The notes beneath the pieces were generated by a model that ran no database searches, was not told the DNA's origin, and saw nothing but the letters and a program-made list of their open reading frames with translations. Below, piece after piece: positions 28,871 through 32,000 of a stretch of DNA of 32,000 bases. The stretch is taken from NCBI RefSeq assembly GCF_000020385.1, contig NC_010814.1, positions 510,001 through 542,000 of the forward strand, given 5' to 3'. This DNA comes from Trichlorobacter lovleyi SZ (GTDB taxonomy: Bacteria; Desulfobacterota; Desulfuromonadia; Geobacterales; Pseudopelobacteraceae). Each line of letters begins with the position of its first letter. Positions within the stretch are counted from its first letter, which is position 1. The position numbers were made by a program, and so were the translations under genes.

Positions 28871-30754
28871 ATGACGCTCCGGACCCGGCTGACAATCAGT
28901 TACACCCTGCTGGCTTTACTGCTGATTGCGGTTAAGGTGGGCTGTTCCTCCCTGGTCGCCCTGACGCTGCTGCAGGAGTTGCTGCTGACACTGGGGCTGT
29001 TGGCGCTTGGAGCTGCCGGTATCTATTCCCTGGCCGGGCGATTCAGTCAGCAGCTTGATGCATCCCTTGCCCACGCCGTCCAGCTGCTTGGTGACGGTGA
29101 GACCGAAGCGCTGGCCCGGTTGCCGTTGCGGGGTGATGAGCTTGCGCTGCTGCAGAGTACCCTGCTGCAGATCTCCTCCAAACTGCAGGACAGCATGCAG
29201 CGTCTGACCAGCAGCGAAGAACGTTTTCATGCCTTGTTTGATGCCATGGTGGAAGGTTGTGCCCTGCATCGCATCCAGTACAGCCCTGACGGCACTCCGG
29301 TAAATTACGTGATTGAGGAGGCCAACCAGGCCTTTGAACAGCTGTTGGGACTGAAACGGGAGCAGGTTGTCGGCAAGCCTGCCACCGAAGCGTATCAGAC
29401 TGACTCCCCGCTTTATCTGCAGGAGTATGCCACGGTGGTGGCAACCGGGCAGCCCAGCCGTTTTGAGAGCTGTTGCGCCCCCCTTGACCGGCATTTTCGC
29501 ATCTCCGCCTGCCGGGTCGGGCCGGAACGGTTTGCCACGCTCTTCGAGGATATCACCGAACAGAAGTCCCACGTTGAGACCCTGCGCAGTACCATGCAGC
29601 AGCTCAAGTCGGCCAACGAGGCCAAGAGCCGCTTTCTGGCCGTGATGAGCCATGAGATCCGTACCCCGCTTAACGGCATTACCGGCATGGTACAGCTGCT
29701 GCGGGATATGGAGATGCCGCCGGCCCAGCGGGAGTATCTCAACTTTATCGACAGCTCTGCTGAAAGCCTGCTGAATGTGATCAACGACATTCTGGACTTC
29801 TCTAAAATCGAGGCTGAAAGGCTGGAGCTGGAGCTGGTCCCGTTTCAGCCGTTAAAGCTGTTGCATGATACCCTGCGGGTGATGCGGTTGCGTACCCAGG
29901 CCAAGGGGTTGCTGCTCAGTCTGGTCTGTCCTCCTGATCTGGCGGAGGTCCTGGTGGGGGATCCCCACCGGCTGACCCAGATCCTGAATAACCTGGTGGG
30001 CAACGCCATCAAGTTTACCGCCGGTGGCGAGATTGTGGTGCGGGCCTCCAGCCGCTCCCGTGGTGACGGCACCGTGCTGTTTGCGGTTGAGGTGCAGGAC
30101 TCCGGGATCGGCATGGACCAGGCCACCCAGCAGACCATCTTTGAACCGTTCATCCAGGCTGACAGCTCCACCAGCCGCAGGTTTGGCGGTACCGGCCTGG
30201 GGCTGGCAATCTGCAAACAGCTGGTTGAGCTGATGCATGGCACCATCACGGTTGCCAGCAGCCCGGGCAACGGCAGCACCTTCTGCTTTGCGGTGCCGCT
30301 CAAGCCGGGTGTGCTGCCTGCGGCAGCGCCGGAGCCGGTGGCGGTGACCGGTCTTGATCAGCCGCTGCAGATTCTGGTGGCGGAAGACCAGCCGATTAAC
30401 CAGCGCTTTGTCGCCGAGATCCTGCGCAAGCAGGGACATCTGCCGCTGCTGGCCAACAACGGCAAGGAGGCGGTGGATATCTGGAACAGTACCGCTGTTG
30501 ATATGGTGCTGATGGATATCCAGATGCCGGTTATGGATGGCTTGAAGGCTCTGGCTGCCATTCGTGCTGCTGAAGACGGAACCAAACGCCACACGCCGAT
30601 TGTGGCTTTAACGGCCCATGCCATCGTAGGCGATCAGGAACGGTTGCTGAATGCCGGTTTTGACGGCTATCTTGCCAAACCGTTGCAGGTTGCCAACCTG
30701 TTTGAGGAGATGGCCAGGGTGCTGGAGCAGATCAGCAAGGAGAGGCGCCTATGA
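28871..30754 (+). CDS. Hybrid sensor histidine kinase 5: two TM helices with minimal loop, coiled linker, PAS, HisKA, HATPase_c, REC
   Basis: The ATG at 28871 (MTLRTRLTISYTLLALLLIAV...) has AAGGA 8 nt upstream. One PAS domain (FHALFDAMVEGCALHRI...). H-box LAVMSHEIRTPLNG, then LVGNAIKFTAGG and GGTGLGLAI. REC is DMVLMDIQMPVMDG. The longer track ORF (from 28451) overlaps the methyltransferase gene and is rejected. Confidence 0.85.
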   Translation: MTLRTRLTISYTLLALLLIAVKVGCSSLVALTLLQELLLTLGLLALGAAGIYSLAGRFSQQLDASLAHAVQLLGDGETEALARLPLRGDELALLQSTLLQISSKLQDSMQRLTSSEERFHALFDAMVEGCALHRIQYSPDGTPVNYVIEEANQAFEQLLGLKREQVVGKPATEAYQTDSPLYLQEYATVVATGQPSRFESCCAPLDRHFRISACRVGPERFATLFEDITEQKSHVETLRSTMQQLKSANEAKSRFLAVMSHEIRTPLNGITGMVQLLRDMEMPPAQREYLNFIDSSAESLLNVINDILDFSKIEAERLELELVPFQPLKLLHDTLRVMRLRTQAKGLLLSLVCPPDLAEVLVGDPHRLTQILNNLVGNAIKFTAGGEIVVRASSRSRGDGTVLFAVEVQDSGIGMDQATQQTIFEPFIQADSSTSRRFGGTGLGLAICKQLVELMHGTITVASSPGNGSTFCFAVPLKPGVLPAAAPEPVAVTGLDQPLQILVAEDQPINQRFVAEILRKQGHLPLLANNGKEAVDIWNSTAVDMVLMDIQMPVMDGLKALAAIRAAEDGTKRHTPIVALTAHAIVGDQERLLNAGFDGYLAKPLQVANLFEEMARVLEQISKERRL

Positions 30755-32000
30755 CAACAGCTGCGGATCGGCATGCCGTTGATGAACTGGTGCGTATCGG
30801 CCCCCTGCTGGAGGAGGCGCTTGAAGGTACCGCTACAACAGTTGGTGATGCCTTTCTGGCAGCCCTGGTTACCACGCTGGCCAGGGTGCTCAACGTCCGT
30901 TATGCCGTTGTTGGCCGCCTGCTGCCGCAGCATGCTGCAATACAGACCCTGAAGGTCTGTGTCGATGGCGAGCTGGTGGAAAACATCGTGTATCCCCTGT
31001 CCGGAACCCCCTGCGAACATGTGGTGGGGCTGGCTCCGCGTTATTTTGCCGCCGGCGCTGCCGATCTCTTCCCGAAAGACGAACTGCTGCGTCAGCTGCA
31101 GGTTGAATGCTATCTGGGGGTGCCGCTGTACTCATCCCGGCATGAGCCGCTGGGTAATCTGTTGCTGATGGACAGCAAACCGTTACCGGAAGCGCTGGTG
31201 CCGCCGGCCCTGAAACTGATGGAGCTGTTCGCCTTGCGCACGGCCGGAGAGATTGAACGGGCTGAGCGGGAGCAACAACTGGCAATTCAGGATATCCACC
31301 TCGGCATCATCCTGAACAACAGCCGCGACGGCCTGTTGACTGCCTCCGCCGATGCCCGCATACTGGCCGTCAACCGGGCTTACTGTACTCTGCTGGGCTA
31401 TGAGGAGCAGGAACTGCTCGGCCGGTCTATCCACGAGATTGAGGCAAATGAGACAATGGAAGAGGTGGATGCCCACACCCGTAAAATCGTTGAGCAGGGC
31501 TTTGACCGCTTTATCAGCCGTCATCGCTGTAAGGACGGCACAACACGGGATCTGGAGCTTTCCATCAGCTATATCGCCGAGGTCGGCCAGTTTCTGACCA
31601 TTGCCCGGGATGTGACGGAGCGCCTGCTGCTTGAGCGACAACTGCTTGATTCCGAACAGCGCTATCAGGCCTTTACCGAGTTAAGCTCCGACTTCTGCCA
31701 TGTCTGTAGCCGTACGGCCGGCGGACCCTACCGTGTGCAGTGGATCGGCGGCCAGTTTGAGCGGATAACCGGGTATGGTAACGATGAGTTGCTGGCCCTG
31801 GGGTGCTGGCTGCCGCTGGTACACCCCGATGACCGGGAGCGGGTGGCGGCAGGGTTGTTACGGCTGTCTGCCGGTGATGAGCTCCGTTCCGAATTCCGGC
31901 TGGTGCGCAAGGATCTGGTTGTGCGCTGGATCAGTGAGCATAGCCGTTGTGTACAGGACCCCGTCAATCCGGATCTGTTGCGCCTGTACGGTTCAGCCCG
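30751..32000 (+). CDS. Cytoplasmic GAF-PAS-PAS sensor protein (5' part; runs off the window end, output domain unseen)
   Basis: Absent from the ORF track because it has no stop in the window. My translation from the ATG at 30751 (ATGA overlap with the HK5 stop) gives MTTAADRHAVDELVRIGPLLEEALEG...VECYLGVPLYSSRHEPLGNLLLMDSKPLPE (GAF-like). This is followed by two PAS-like segments (LGIILNNSRDGLLTASADARILAVNRAYCTLLGYEEQELLGRSIHEIE...; ...YRVQWIGGQFERITGYGNDELLALGCWLPLVHPDDRERV...). The frame stays open to 32000. Confidence 0.75.
   Translation, partial: MTTAADRHAVDELVRIGPLLEEALEGTATTVGDAFLAALVTTLARVLNVRYAVVGRLLPQHAAIQTLKVCVDGELVENIVYPLSGTPCEHVVGLAPRYFAAGAADLFPKDELLRQLQVECYLGVPLYSSRHEPLGNLLLMDSKPLPEALVPPALKLMELFALRTAGEIERAEREQQLAIQDIHLGIILNNSRDGLLTASADARILAVNRAYCTLLGYEEQELLGRSIHEIEANETMEEVDAHTRKIVEQGFDRFISRHRCKDGTTRDLELSISYIAEVGQFLTIARDVTERLLLERQLLDSEQRYQAFTELSSDFCHVCSRTAGGPYRVQWIGGQFERITGYGNDELLALGCWLPLVHPDDRERVAAGLLRLSAGDELRSEFRLVRKDLVVRWISEHSRCVQDPVNPDLLRLYGSA

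Overview
High-GC (about 60% by eye) bacterial chromosomal segment. I saw no rRNA, tRNA, CRISPR array, transposase or integrase. The gene content (system II cytochrome c biogenesis, a c-heme sensor kinase, many hybrid histidine kinases) suggests a Geobacter/Desulfuromonas-like organism; that is inference only. The window splits at a divergent intergenic region (15629-15746).

(A) 1-15628, all genes on the minus strand, is a metal and envelope homeostasis block:
- a CzcC/TolC-like outer membrane factor (partial);
- an EamA/DMT transporter with a roughly 60-aa poly-His tail, immediately followed (gap of at most 8 nt, or a 4-nt overlap) by a fused polytopic-membrane/spermidine-synthase-like protein;
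- ccsB-ccsA, followed by a Cys-rich DUF2318-like lipoprotein and a MacB-type ABC pair;
- an htpX / PGPGW / lemA / GDT1(UPF0016) / terC operon preceded by a clear yybP-ykoY (Mn2+) riboswitch with its own promoter and terminator;
- purE and a beta-carbonic anhydrase.
Three paralogous small secreted Cys/His-rich proteins of a family I do not recognise are scattered through this block. A 97-bp copy of the terC 3' end lies in a degraded, lower-GC spacer.

(B) 15747-32000, all genes on the plus strand, is an MFS transporter followed by a tightly packed array of five hybrid histidine kinases (HisKA-HATPase-REC). Each has a different input module: periplasmic CxxCH heme domain, 5TM-LytS-type, SBP_bac_3, Cache-like plus HAMP, and minimal-loop plus PAS. 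A LivJ-like lipoprotein and a class I SAM methyltransferase are embedded in the array, and a GAF-PAS-PAS protein runs off the window end. No Hpt domain or output response regulator is visible.

The most interesting items are the Cys/His-rich family, the Mn-riboswitch operon architecture and the kinase array.
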